From: Candidatus Binatia bacterium
GTDB lineage: Bacteria > Desulfobacterota > Binatia > HRBIN30
Direction of reading: 5' to 3'
Length of the DNA stretch: 64,000 bases
NCBI GenBank assembly: GCA_050015455.1
Contig: JBEKBJ010000003.1
Location: forward strand, 36,202 to 100,201
Below the pieces are notes generated by a model. The model was not told the DNA's origin. It saw only the letters and a program-made list of their open reading frames with translations, and made no database searches. The translations under genes and the position numbers were made by a program. Every line of letters begins with the position of its first letter. The first letter of the stretch is position 1. Positions 32,178-42,422 of this stretch are shown piece after piece.

Positions 32178-33292
32178 TTGTCGTTCGGCCTTCTCGTGGC
32201 CAAGCCGATCGCCACGGCGAACTCGGCCGCATGCTCACGCACGTCCGGGGTATCGACACTAGGATCGAGAGCGACGTGCGCGAACGGATTGGCGATCTCG
32301 ACCGGCGCCCCTACCCGCTCGCTGAGTTGCTGGGGTAGCCCGGGCATGCGGGCCACTCCTCCGCTCAGGTAAACCGCATCGATGGTCTCATCGGTGGCCG
32401 CGGTCCAGAAGAAACTCAGGGCGTGGTGGATTTCCTCTATCAAGGCCGATGTTGCTGATGCCGTGACCGCGCTCGCTTGCTCGGCATCGACTTTGCCGTC
32501 CGGCCGTCCGGCCTTTGCCGCCTCCGCATCTTCTACACTCAAGTTCAGATCGCGTATCAAGGCCTCGGTGATGTCGCGACCGCCGACGGGCACGTCGCCG
32601 GTGAACGTCGAACGGCCTCCTTTGAGAATGTTGATGGATGAGTAGCGAGCACCGATGTTAACGAGCGCGATAGCTCGATCCGGAACAGGCTCGTAATTGA
32701 CCTCAAACATGTTTTCGAGCGCGAAGTAGTCGACATCGACCACCGCGGGGGTGAGCCCGGCGGAGCGAATGGCCTCGCTGTAGCTGGCGACGATCTCCTT
32801 CTTGGCGGCTGCCAGCAGCACTTCCATGCGCTTGCCGTCATCAAGGTAATCGGTGATCTGGTAATCGAGGTTCACGTTCTCGAGATCTTCCGGAATGAAG
32901 TTGCCCGCCTCGAAGAGAATCGTGTTCTCGAGCTCTCGGGCACTTTGGGTCGGCAAAGTAACGCGTTTTATAATCACTGCCGGTCCGGGAACCGCCGTGA
33001 TGACTTTGCGCGCACGCATCCCACGGCTCTCGCGCGCCGCCCGCATCGCGTCGGCAACGGCGGTCGTCTCATACACCATGTTGTTCTGGATCGCTGATGC
33101 CGGCGTGGGCAGCACCGCTGCCTTGAGCAGCCGTAAACGCCCCACGCGGCCGCCAACTTCGATGATTTTGATGTTGTTGGAACCGATGTCGACGCTCAGG
33201 TATGGCTCGTCACGTCGGATCGGGTTGAGGTCGGAGAGCGAACCGGTCAGGATACGCCCGAGACGTTGGGCCCATTCGCTACCTGTGGCCAT
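32174..33292 (-). CDS. pilM: Type IV pilus assembly ATPase-fold protein PilM
   Basis: Actin-like fold motifs (SVDIGSNNIKIIEV...). Start chosen at MATGSEW, which is preceded by a GGTGGGGG purine run. Confidence 0.85.
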   Translation of the reverse strand: MATGSEWAQRLGRILTGSLSDLNPIRRDEPYLSVDIGSNNIKIIEVGGRVGRLRLLKAAVLPTPASAIQNNMVYETTAVADAMRAARESRGMRARKVITAVPGPAVIIKRVTLPTQSARELENTILFEAGNFIPEDLENVNLDYQITDYLDDGKRMEVLLAAAKKEIVASYSEAIRSAGLTPAVVDVDYFALENMFEVNYEPVPDRAIALVNIGARYSSINILKGGRSTFTGDVPVGGRDITEALIRDLNLSVEDAEAAKAGRPDGKVDAEQASAVTASATSALIEEIHHALSFFWTAATDETIDAVYLSGGVARMPGLPQQLSERVGAPVEIANPFAHVALDPSVDTPDVREHAAEFAVAIGLATRRPNDK

Positions 33293-33619
33293 GTAAGATG
33301 CCCCCACCACAATCCCCTCAACCTCCGCAGACCCGCGCTGCACGACAACAGGGTTCTATTACCCGTTGCGTGAGTATGGCCTGCGGAACGAAAGATGTCA
33401 AACGAATCAACTGCATCCTCTGATCTGACCGGTGAACCCCGAAGAGCGAATTCCGAGCCAACCCGAATTACACCAGCGGCGAAATATTCACGGCTCAATC
33501 GTTCGAAATCGCGGTGACAAAGTTGTGCCGTGCAACGATTTTGACCACAGCGTAGGAAGCCGACACCGCGGACCACTTTTCCACTCAGGACCGTAGCGGT
33601 AGACAGGCCTGTCTCTGGG

Positions 33620-34234
33620 CTACCGCGCTGGGGGTCCACCACCACGCAGAAAGCTTACAGCAATGGCGTAGATTTCCGCTGACCCTTTGCGTGTCGCCTT
33701 GGGCCGTGTGGTACGTACGTTGGCAAACCGCGCTCGCAGCTCGCGCAGCAACTGCGTCGCTGCGTCACCCGTGAACAGCTTCATCACCAATTTGCCGCCA
33801 GGCGTGAGTACTTGATCAGCCAGCGTCAGGGCTACGTGCGCCAGCACTTCGGCCTGCGCCTCGTCGCGCGCCCGCACGCCGCTGAGCTTAGGCGCGAGGT
33901 CGGACAACAGGACGTCCACTCGCCCTTCGCACGCCTCCAGCATTTGCTGTTGCGCTAACCGATCAGCGACGTCACCAACCACGGTAATCACGTGCTTCTG
34001 CGGCAACGGCTCGATGGGCTGAAGGTCGATTCCAATGACCTTCCCGCCAGGGCCGACGAGGTCTGCGGCGACCTGCAACCATCCTCCCGGCCACGCCCCG
34101 AGATCCAGTACACGATCGCCGCGCTGGATTAGCCGCCCACGTTGTACAAATTGAAGCAGCTTGAAGGCGGCACGCGATCGGTACCCCGCGGCCTTGGCGC
34201 GGGTGTAGAAAGCGTCTTTTCGTCGATATACCAA
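33620..34234 (-). CDS. rlmE: 23S rRNA (uridine2552-2'-O)-methyltransferase RlmE/FtsJ
   Basis: RSRAAFKL...VLDLGAWPGGW SAM motif. Confidence 0.88.
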   Translation of the reverse strand: MVYRRKDAFYTRAKAAGYRSRAAFKLLQFVQRGRLIQRGDRVLDLGAWPGGWLQVAADLVGPGGKVIGIDLQPIEPLPQKHVITVVGDVADRLAQQQMLEACEGRVDVLLSDLAPKLSGVRARDEAQAEVLAHVALTLADQVLTPGGKLVMKLFTGDAATQLLRELRARFANVRTTRPKATRKGSAEIYAIAVSFLRGGGPPAR

Positions 34235-34277
34235 GAGGCGCTAACTTCCTATCCGCTGAGCGGCGTAGCGCTCACGG

Positions 34278-35072
34278 TCAGCGCAGCTTGAGCACATCGC
34301 TCATCGCGTAGCGGCCGAGCGGCTGCTGCACGAGCCAGAGGGCGGCGCGAATGGCACCACGAGCCAGGCACTCGCGGCTCTGCGCCCGGTGCGTCAGCTC
34401 GAGGCGTTCGCCGAGCCCTGCGAACACCACCGTATGATCGCCGACAACGTCGCCACCGCGCAAGGCCATGATGCCGATCTCCTGCTGCCGGCGTTGACCG
34501 ACCATGCCTTGGCGACCGTACACGGCATCGGCGGAGAAGTTGCGGCCGGTGGCCTCTGCTAACGCTCGGCCCAAGGCGAGCGCGGTGCCGCTGGGTGCGT
34601 CCACTTTCAAGCGGTGATGCAGCTCGACGATCTCGGGGTCGAAGTCGGCACCGAGGGCGGTGGCCGCCTCGCGCACTAGGCGCTGGAGCACAGTTATGCC
34701 GACGCTCATGTTCGGCGCGATGACGCACCGGGTCTGCGGCGCCAAGCGGTCGATCTCGGCTTGTTGCTGGTCGTTGAATCCCGTGGCCCCAATGACAATC
34801 GCGTTGCACCGCTCGACGGCAGTGCGCAAGTGCTCCAGCGCTGCAGCCGCATTGGTGAAATCCAGAGCCACCGCGCCGGGCAACAGGGCTGCGGCGAAAT
34901 CCTCGGAAATCGGGACGCCGAGATGGCCGACGCCGGCGACGTCACCCGCATCTTTGCCGAGCGCGGCGTGGCCGGCCGCTTCGAGCGCCCCGGCCAGTGT
35001 CGCTGCCTCGCTCTGCGCGATCAGGCTGATGAGCGTACGGCCCATACGGCCGGCTGCGCCACATACGATCAT
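34278..35072 (-). CDS. dapB: 4-hydroxy-tetrahydrodipicolinate reductase
   Basis: Rossmann GAAGRMG, the DFT...A pattern and ELHHRLKVDAPSGTA. Confidence 0.9.
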   Translation of the reverse strand: MIVCGAAGRMGRTLISLIAQSEAATLAGALEAAGHAALGKDAGDVAGVGHLGVPISEDFAAALLPGAVALDFTNAAAALEHLRTAVERCNAIVIGATGFNDQQQAEIDRLAPQTRCVIAPNMSVGITVLQRLVREAATALGADFDPEIVELHHRLKVDAPSGTALALGRALAEATGRNFSADAVYGRQGMVGQRRQQEIGIMALRGGDVVGDHTVVFAGLGERLELTHRAQSRECLARGAIRAALWLVQQPLGRYAMSDVLKLR

Positions 35073-35174
35073 TGCTGTGGTCGTTGTTTTTCTCGATCCA
35101 GGCGTCATTGCATCCCCGCGCCCTGATTCTCTCCCGGAGGGAGAGGCGCCCCGCAGTTGTTATTCACTCAGGAC

Positions 35175-36053
35175 TCAGCCCTTCAACAAGCCGACTTGCT
35201 CCATCACAGCCCTGAGCTTGGCGCGCGCAGCATCGCTCATGGGCAGCAGCGGCAGCCGCAGTGCGTCCTGGCAGTAGCCCATCATTGCGACCGCGGCCTT
35301 CACCGGGATTGGATTGGTTTCGAGAAACAGCGCACGGATGAGTGGCAGCAACTGATAGTGCAGCCTTCGCGCAGTGTCCCAGTCGCCACGGCGACAGGCA
35401 GCGACCATCTGCGCCGATTCCTTCGGCACGACGTTGGCCACCACCGAGATCACGCCGACCCCGCCGACCGCCAGGATCGGCAGAGTGAGCGAATCGTCGC
35501 CCGAGTACACCTCGATCTTGTCGCCACACAGACGAATCGCTTCTTGCGTCTCGTCGAGCGACCCCGTTGCGTCTTTCAGTCCGACGATCTCCTTCAGCTC
35601 CGCCAGGCGCGCGATGGTTGTCGCCTCGATCTTCGAAGCGGTGCGCCCGGGGATATTGTAGACGATCAGCGGAAACCGCGTGGCTTCGGCGACGCTCTTG
35701 TAGTGCTGATAAATGCCTTCCTGAGTCGGCTTGTTGTAATAGGGCGAGATGAGCAGCGCCGCCGCTGCGCCAGCCTCCTGGGCGGCACGAGTGAGGGCGA
35801 TAGCTTCACTGGTGCTGTTGGAGCCCGTTCCGGCGATCACCGGTATCCGGCCGCGCACGATCTTCACTACCAGGCGCACCACTTCGGCGTGCTCGGCGTG
35901 CGAGAGCGTGGACGATTCGCCGGTGCTCCCGCAGGGCACGATCGCCGAGGTGCCGTTCTGGACCTGAAACTCAACCAAACGCTCGAGCGCCTCCCCGTCG
36001 ACCCGGCCATCCCGGAACGGTGTGATGATTGCCGTCATTGAGCCGCTAAACAT
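35175..36053 (-). CDS. dapA: 4-hydroxy-tetrahydrodipicolinate synthase
   Basis: MFSGSMTAIITPF start and the aldolase class I pattern. Confidence 0.9.
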   Translation of the reverse strand: MFSGSMTAIITPFRDGRVDGEALERLVEFQVQNGTSAIVPCGSTGESSTLSHAEHAEVVRLVVKIVRGRIPVIAGTGSNSTSEAIALTRAAQEAGAAAALLISPYYNKPTQEGIYQHYKSVAEATRFPLIVYNIPGRTASKIEATTIARLAELKEIVGLKDATGSLDETQEAIRLCGDKIEVYSGDDSLTLPILAVGGVGVISVVANVVPKESAQMVAACRRGDWDTARRLHYQLLPLIRALFLETNPIPVKAAVAMMGYCQDALRLPLLPMSDAARAKLRAVMEQVGLLKG

Positions 36054-36063
36054 GCTTGTCTCC

Positions 36064-36900
36064 TTAGAGCGCGATCTCCCCACTGAACACCTCCTCCGCC
36101 GCCCCCGTCATCAGGACGTGATTGTCGGCGGCATTCCATTCGATGTCGAGGTCGCCGCCGTTGAGTCGCACCACGGCCCGCCGCTCGGTCTTTTCGTTCA
36201 GCACGGCCGCAACCGCTGCGGCGCAGGCACCGGTGCCGCAAGCTGCTGTTTCGCCCGAGCCGCGCTCCCACACTCGCATACGCAACTCGGTGCGGCTGAG
36301 CACCTTGGTGAATTCGGTGTTCACTCGCCGCGGGAAGAAGGGATGGTGCTCGAATTGCGGTCCCAGTTCTGCCAACGGTAGATCGTCGACGTCGGGCAGA
36401 AAGACGACGCAGTGTGGGTTGCCCATGGACACACAGGTGATGCGGTACGCCCGTCCGGCCACTGGCAGCGGCGCATTCACGATCCGTCCCTCGGCGGCAA
36501 CCGGAATTCGCGGCCCTTCGAGAATCGGCTCGCCCATGTCCACGGTCACGCTCGTGACGCTGCCGTCGTTGGTGTGCAGCTGGAGCAGCTTGATGCCGGC
36601 GTCGGTCTCAACGCGCAGCGAAGCGCGCCGCGCGAGGTTGTGCTCATATAAATACTTACCCACGCAGCGGACGGCGTTACCGCACATCTCCCCGCGGCTG
36701 CCGTCGGCGTTGTACATCTCCATTCGGCAGTCGGCGACCGACGAGGGACAGAGGAGCACCAGACCATCGGAACCGATGGCGGTCCGCCGCGGGCTGACCC
36801 GGCGCGCCAGCGCAGCTGGATTGGCAATGCTCTGCGCGAAGCAATCGACATAGATGTAGTCGTTGCCGATCCCGTGCATTTTGGTGAACCGAATGCCCAT
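36064..36900 (-). CDS. dapF: Diaminopimelate epimerase
   Basis: MHGIGNDYIYVD...GEMCGNAVRC and SMGNPHCV, the two catalytic Cys motifs. Confidence 0.9.
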   Translation of the reverse strand: MGIRFTKMHGIGNDYIYVDCFAQSIANPAALARRVSPRRTAIGSDGLVLLCPSSVADCRMEMYNADGSRGEMCGNAVRCVGKYLYEHNLARRASLRVETDAGIKLLQLHTNDGSVTSVTVDMGEPILEGPRIPVAAEGRIVNAPLPVAGRAYRITCVSMGNPHCVVFLPDVDDLPLAELGPQFEHHPFFPRRVNTEFTKVLSRTELRMRVWERGSGETAACGTGACAAAVAAVLNEKTERRAVVRLNGGDLDIEWNAADNHVLMTGAAEEVFSGEIAL

Positions 36901-36989
36901 TGTTCTGTTGCGACAATCCGTAATCTACACGCCAGCAAACCGACATGCCCCGCTTGACATTCCCGGTTTGACATCTTCCATTGCTTCCC

Positions 36990-38246
36990 TCACCGCAGCA
37001 TCATGGGAATGTGCTCGCCGCGCACCAGGTCTTCAAGCGTCTCACGCGCGCGCACGATGTGCAACTGCTCTCCGTCGACCAATACCTCCGGTGGTCGTGG
37101 CCGGGTGTTATAGTTCGAAGCCATGACGAAGCCGTAAGCGCCGGCGCTCATGACCGCCAACAAGTCGCCCGGCTCAATCGCTGGCAAGTCGCGATCCTTG
37201 GCGAAGAAATCGCCGCTTTCGCACACCGGCCCGACGACATCAGCGGTGAACCGCGTCCCGTTGCGCGGGCGCACCGGCTGGACGGCTTGATACGATCCAT
37301 ACAACGCCGGGCGGATCAGGTCGTTCATCCCGCCGTCGACCACGACGAAATTCTTCTCATTCGTGCTCTTCAGGTACAGCACCCTGGTGAGCAGGATGCC
37401 GGCGTTGCCGACGATCACGCGGCCGGGCTCGAGCAGGAGCGTGACGTCGAGATCACGCAGGCCCTCGGTCAACGCGCCGCCATAGTGGTGCGGCTCGGGC
37501 GGCTTCTCGTCATTGTAGGTGATGCCGAGGCCGCCGCCCATGTCCAAGTACCGGATCTGGAAGTTCTCCGCCTGCAAGCGGCCGACAAGGTCGTGGATGC
37601 GCTCCAGCGCATCGACGAACGGCGGCACGGTGGTGAGCTGGGAGCCGATGTGACAGTCCACACCTACGACCTCGATGTGCGGCAAACTGCGCGCGCGACG
37701 GTAGTCTTCCAGCGACCGTTGGATATCGATGCCGAACTTGCTCTTCTTCAATCCGGTCGAGATGTAGGGGTGGGTTTTCGGATCCACGTCAGGGTTCACC
37801 CGCAGGGCTACTCGCGCCTTCGCCCCCAGCTGACCGGCGACGGAGTTGATGGCGTCCAACTCGCCGGGCGATTCGACGTTGAGCATGAGAATGCCGGCGG
37901 CGAGGGCGCAACGGATCTCGCCCGCGGTCTTGCCGACTCCCGAGAAGACGATCTTGCCGGGATCGGCGCCCGCCTTAAGCGCGCGAAACAACTCGCCCCC
38001 CGAAACAATGTCGAAGCCGCTGCCCTCACGCGCAAAGGTGCGCAGGACGGCGAGGTTCGAATTCGCCTTTACCGAGAAGCACACGAGGTGCGGAATGCTC
38101 TCGAAGGCTTCATCGAAGACGCGGAAATGGCGGCGCAGGGTGGCCAGGCTGTAGACGTAACAGGGCGTGCCGGCGCGCTCCGCGACGGCGCTGAGCGGCA
38201 CCCCTTCGGCGTACAGCTCACCGTTGCGTTCCTGAAAGTGGTGCAT
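36990..38246 (-). CDS. lysA: Diaminopimelate decarboxylase
   Basis: PLP-binding FSVKAN, GGGLGI and the fold-III decarboxylase pattern. Confidence 0.9.
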   Translation of the reverse strand: MHHFQERNGELYAEGVPLSAVAERAGTPCYVYSLATLRRHFRVFDEAFESIPHLVCFSVKANSNLAVLRTFAREGSGFDIVSGGELFRALKAGADPGKIVFSGVGKTAGEIRCALAAGILMLNVESPGELDAINSVAGQLGAKARVALRVNPDVDPKTHPYISTGLKKSKFGIDIQRSLEDYRRARSLPHIEVVGVDCHIGSQLTTVPPFVDALERIHDLVGRLQAENFQIRYLDMGGGLGITYNDEKPPEPHHYGGALTEGLRDLDVTLLLEPGRVIVGNAGILLTRVLYLKSTNEKNFVVVDGGMNDLIRPALYGSYQAVQPVRPRNGTRFTADVVGPVCESGDFFAKDRDLPAIEPGDLLAVMSAGAYGFVMASNYNTRPRPPEVLVDGEQLHIVRARETLEDLVRGEHIPMMLR

Positions 38247-38706
38247 GCTTCTCCTCGCCCGAAACCGTGCGCGTGATGGTCACCACAGCGGATGGCGCAC
38301 TAAAGTACCGATCGAGCGTGAAAGATACAACCCGATATTGATACGTCGTTTCTGCGTTCGTGTCACGGTCCACGTACTGGAATTGCTTCACTTGCCGGAA
38401 GCGATCGCGGTCGCTTACTTCGAGGACCGCCAGGCGGCCGAACGGCACGCGCGGCTGGGTTCCCACCGCCCGCTCGACGACGAAACCGGCGAGGTCCGTC
38501 AAGCGCGTGCCGTCGGCGCAGGTGAGTGGGCGGCCCCACGAGAGTTGGATTCCTTCCGCGACGTTGGCCGCAGTCAGATCCGAAATCGTTTGCGGCACCA
38601 CATCTTCGGGTGGCCGCAGCGGCGCCTCGCGCCCGCAAGCGAGGAGCGAGGCGGCGAGAAGGAGGGGGAGCGGGAGAAAAACGCAGGACACGATCCGCGA
38701 AGTCAC
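38218..38706 (-). CDS. Small lipoprotein of unknown function, translationally coupled to argH
   Basis: Its GTG start overlaps the argH TGA stop (GTGA). Lipobox LLACG. It overlaps the lysA start by 29 nt and sits inside a co-directional operon. Confidence 0.55.
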   Translation of the reverse strand: MTSRIVSCVFLPLPLLLAASLLACGREAPLRPPEDVVPQTISDLTAANVAEGIQLSWGRPLTCADGTRLTDLAGFVVERAVGTQPRVPFGRLAVLEVSDRDRFRQVKQFQYVDRDTNAETTYQYRVVSFTLDRYFSAPSAVVTITRTVSGEEKHAPLSGTQR

Positions 38707-40079
38707 AGTCCCAGCTTTCTGAGTTGTCGCCGGATGTTCTCGGGCGCGGTGCCGCCGACAGCGCGCCGGCGCCGCACTGCAGCGGCTGCGCTGAGCCACT
38801 TCTTCACGTCAGCCGTGAACAGCTGCGAGAAACGTCGCAACTGCTCGAGCGTGAGCTGCTCGAGAGGGAGCTTCTCGTTCGAGCAGAAGCGCACTACCTC
38901 ACCGACGACCCGGTGTGCCTCGCGAAACGGCACACCCTTCCGAGCTAGATAATCGGCAAGCTCGGTCGCCAACGTGTAACCCGCTGTGGCTGCCGACAGC
39001 ATGCGTGAGCGGTTCACCCGGAGCTGTGGGATGAGCGCCATGAACAGCGTCAGGCTGCCGGTGAGCGTGTCGAGGCTGTCGAACACCGGTTCCTTATCCT
39101 CCTGCAAATCGCGGTTGTACGTCAGCGGCAGTCCTTTGAGCGTGGTCAGCAACGCCAGCAGGTTGCCGTACAGACGGCCGGTCTTGCCGCGGACCAGCTC
39201 TGCGACATCGGGGTTCTTCTTTTGCGGCATCATCGAGCTGCCGGTGGCGAAGGAATCAGGCAACTCGATGAAACCGAATTCCTGCGACGACCAGAGCACC
39301 AGGTCTTCCGCCAGCCGGCTCAGGTGCATCCCGGTGATGGCGGCAGCGGCGAGAAACTCGGCGGCGAAATCGCGGTCGCTCACCGCGTCCATGCTGTTGG
39401 TGCTGATGTCGCGAAATCCCAGGCGCCGAGCCACATACCCGCGATCGATCGGGAAGGTCGTGCCGGCAAGCGCGCCGGAGCCGAGCGGCAGCACATCGAC
39501 GCGGGCCGAGCAATCGGCGAAGCGCGCGGCGTCCCGCTCCAACATGGCCGCATACGCGAGCCAGTGGTGCGCCAACAGCACCGGTTGCGCTGGCTGCAGG
39601 TGTGTGTAGCCGGGCAGGATGACGTCCCGATCACGCTTGGCCACCGCGCCGAGGACCCGCCTTAGCCCGAATGTTAGCTCGATCAGCTTCTTGATCTCGG
39701 CTTTGAGAAACAGGCGGAGATCGAGTGCCACCTGGTCGTTACGGCTGCGCGCGGTGTGCAGCTTGCCACCGGTGGCACCGATCTTCTCGATCAAGCGCCG
39801 CTCCACCGCCATGTGAATATCTTCGTCGCTGGGTAGCGCGCGGAACTTGCCGCTGTCGAACTCGGCGCGGATCTCCCGCAACGCCTTGACGATCCGCCGG
39901 GCTTCGGCTTTGCCGATGATGCGTTGCTTCGCCAGCATCTCGCAATGGGCGACGCTACCCTCGATGTCGTGCGGGTAGAGACGGCGATCGAACGGGAACG
40001 AAGTAGTGAACGACTCGACAAGTCGGTCCGTGGGCGCGCTGAGGCGGCCGGCCCAAGCTTTCTGATAGGCCCGCGGCAT
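38703..40079 (-). CDS. argH: Argininosuccinate lyase
   Basis: Fumarate-lyase signature (GSSMMPQKKNPD). Confidence 0.92.
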   Translation of the reverse strand: MPRAYQKAWAGRLSAPTDRLVESFTTSFPFDRRLYPHDIEGSVAHCEMLAKQRIIGKAEARRIVKALREIRAEFDSGKFRALPSDEDIHMAVERRLIEKIGATGGKLHTARSRNDQVALDLRLFLKAEIKKLIELTFGLRRVLGAVAKRDRDVILPGYTHLQPAQPVLLAHHWLAYAAMLERDAARFADCSARVDVLPLGSGALAGTTFPIDRGYVARRLGFRDISTNSMDAVSDRDFAAEFLAAAAITGMHLSRLAEDLVLWSSQEFGFIELPDSFATGSSMMPQKKNPDVAELVRGKTGRLYGNLLALLTTLKGLPLTYNRDLQEDKEPVFDSLDTLTGSLTLFMALIPQLRVNRSRMLSAATAGYTLATELADYLARKGVPFREAHRVVGEVVRFCSNEKLPLEQLTLEQLRRFSQLFTADVKKWLSAAAAVRRRRAVGGTAPENIRRQLRKLGL

Positions 40080-40237
40080 GGGGTGTACCTTAACCGAAAA
40101 GGATTCTCGCGTCCAAGCGCTCGGCCGCCTCGCCTTTTACCCGAGCGTGGAATGCCCGGCCAGCCGCTGATTACGCCTGGCCGGTGGCCCCTCAGCTCGC
40201 CGGGGCCACCGGCAATACGCCATGAGCCATCGGACTC

Positions 40238-40693
40238 TCAGTAGATCCACTTGCCGTTTTCGTAGCGAAAGATCTCGGTGACCGCAGTGACCTCCAGCGG
40301 GCGGGGCGGGTTGTCTCCGGCTTCCGCGATGGTGGCGCCGCGCCTCTCGTAGCGAACCTCCTGGTAAATGATTTCGCCTACCGGCTGTTGGTACTCATCC
40401 TTGACAATACAGGAATGTTCCTTGGTGTACCCGACATACTCGCCCTGGACGCCTTCGGAAGTGGTGTTCCACTTGATGTTGCTGATGTTGTCGCGCTCGC
40501 GGGCCTCCAACTTCTGCATCCATTCTTGACAGAATGTCTGGAAAGCCTGGGCGACCTCTTCAGGTGCCGGCTTCTTCGAGGCGTGCGGCTTTGCTGACGC
40601 CGCTTTGCGAGTCTGGGTTTCTTGTGCCTGCACCGATCCCGAAGGCGCGAGAAGGGCTAAAGCAAGCAGCGTCACCATGGTTGAGAACCGCAT
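40238..40693 (-). CDS. Secreted hypothetical protein
   Basis: Signal peptide (LLALALLAPSGSVQA). A 12-bp GC hairpin lies just downstream. Confidence 0.5.
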   Translation of the reverse strand: MRFSTMVTLLALALLAPSGSVQAQETQTRKAASAKPHASKKPAPEEVAQAFQTFCQEWMQKLEARERDNISNIKWNTTSEGVQGEYVGYTKEHSCIVKDEYQQPVGEIIYQEVRYERRGATIAEAGDNPPRPLEVTAVTEIFRYENGKWIY

Positions 40694-40791
40694 TCACCAC
40701 CTCCGTTCCGAACGCGCGCAAAAATCAGCTGTACCACGAGATCTTCGCCCTGCTGGCACCTTAGGGCACCTTCGTGCAGATCGATACCGGC

Positions 40792-42063
40792 TCACTTCTG
40801 CGAATCGTAGACTCGCCACATGTCGTCGTCGTCGAAGATCTTCTCGGATTCGTCAACGTGCATGGCGTCTTTTTCAAAGTCGCGGTAGCGGCCGCGCCGG
40901 GCGCGGAACTCCTGGTAGAGGTCGTGCTGGATCATGGCGCTCATGACCTCGTTCGTGCCTGTCCAGATCTGCGCCAGGCGGGTGTCGCGCACGGCGCGCT
41001 CGATCGGATACACGTCGGTGTAACCGATCCCGCCGGTGATCTGCATGGCAAGATTGGCCACGTCCCATGCCGATTCGGTGACGAACTTCTTGGTCTCCGA
41101 GACGATGCGGCGCACGTTGTCAGCCTGAGCGTCGGCGGCCCGCGCCGCTTGATACACCATGGCGCGGCTGACATCGAGTAGCGTCTGTGCCTTGGCGATC
41201 ATGAAGCTGACCGCCTGGAATTTTCTGATCGGCTGCCCGAAGGCCTTGCGGCGATCGGCGTAGTTCATAGCCACATCGAGGCACGCCTGCATGCCGCCGG
41301 TGCAGGGTGCAGCGCTGCACAGGCGCTCCGGAATCATCATGGTATTGAAAACGAGCGCGCCGCCGTGCAGCGGTCCGATGAGGTTGGCCTTCGGTACCTT
41401 GACGTCGCGGAACACCACGCGTCCGGTCCCGCCGCCGCGCGTGCCCATGAGCCCGTAGAGATACTTCACCTCGACGCCCGGGCTGCGGTCGATGATCATC
41501 GCGCTGATACGCATTTGCGCCGGCGCATCGTCCGCCAGGTTGGTTTTGACGTAGGCGAGAAAGAAATCCGCCCCTTCCGCGCCGACGATGAAGCGCTTCA
41601 TGCCCCGCACGATAAAATATTCGCCGTGGTCTTCAGCACGGCTACTGGCTCCGAAAAAGTCCGAGCCGCCGCGCGGCTCCGTTAACGCCTCGGCCGACAC
41701 CAGCCTCCCTTCCAGCATGGGCTTGAGGTACTTCTCCTTCTGTTCTTCGGTGCCGAACGTGTTCAGCGCCTCGCCGACGATCGAGGGCATGACGTAGGAA
41801 CAGCCGGCCGCCATGCCGAGGGCGCCGATCTCGCCCATGGCGGCGCATTCGGCCACCCAGTTGAGGTCCTGGCCGCCGTACTTCTTCGGAAAGCGCAAGC
41901 CGAGCAACCGGTGCCTGGCGTACGACTCGTACAGCTCTCGCGGGTAACGGATCTCGTCGCGGTCCATGCGCCGCAGGTACTCCGGGTCGATCTCGTTCTT
42001 GACAAACTCCCGCACCTTGTCCTGCATCTGCAGTGCGTGTTCGTCCAACATGAACTCGTTCAT
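40792..42063 (-). CDS. Acyl-CoA dehydrogenase family protein
   Basis: ACAD pattern. Start set at MNEFML. Confidence 0.75.
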   Translation of the reverse strand: MNEFMLDEHALQMQDKVREFVKNEIDPEYLRRMDRDEIRYPRELYESYARHRLLGLRFPKKYGGQDLNWVAECAAMGEIGALGMAAGCSYVMPSIVGEALNTFGTEEQKEKYLKPMLEGRLVSAEALTEPRGGSDFFGASSRAEDHGEYFIVRGMKRFIVGAEGADFFLAYVKTNLADDAPAQMRISAMIIDRSPGVEVKYLYGLMGTRGGGTGRVVFRDVKVPKANLIGPLHGGALVFNTMMIPERLCSAAPCTGGMQACLDVAMNYADRRKAFGQPIRKFQAVSFMIAKAQTLLDVSRAMVYQAARAADAQADNVRRIVSETKKFVTESAWDVANLAMQITGGIGYTDVYPIERAVRDTRLAQIWTGTNEVMSAMIQHDLYQEFRARRGRYRDFEKDAMHVDESEKIFDDDDMWRVYDSQK

Positions 42064-42422
42064 GGGCCCTCCTTGCGTCGCATGGCCACTTAACGACTTT
42101 CCTGGGGGACATGCAACCGGGTGGCACACACGCGATCCCAAGGAGGTCAGCCGATGCCCTTCGGCTCGATTGCCCGGTGGTGCTGCGAAGCTGCCCTGCG
42201 TTTGTTTCGGCTGCGGTGATGGGTCGGGCCTGCCGCGCCAAGCAGTGTATGAATGGACCCCTTCGCCCTCGAACGTCGAAACATCCTCCGCGAACTCGGT
42301 TCAACAGAGGCTGCCTTTGCCCAAGACACGCACAAAAACCGCTTGCAATCGTTCCCTGAGTCGAGATAGGATTGGCTCTCTGGTCTACAAGGTCAGGTTG
42401 ACAACAAAGGAGGGTCGAGCCG

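Noticed and set aside
33293-33619. Sigma-54 promoter upstream of pilM
   Set aside because: The best candidate (TGGTCAaaatcgTTGC on the - strand) has the GC element displaced by one nucleotide relative to consensus. It is not convincing without experimental mapping.
36981-38276. 431-aa + strand ORF
   Set aside because: It is antisense to lysA (clear PLP-decarboxylase motifs on the - strand).
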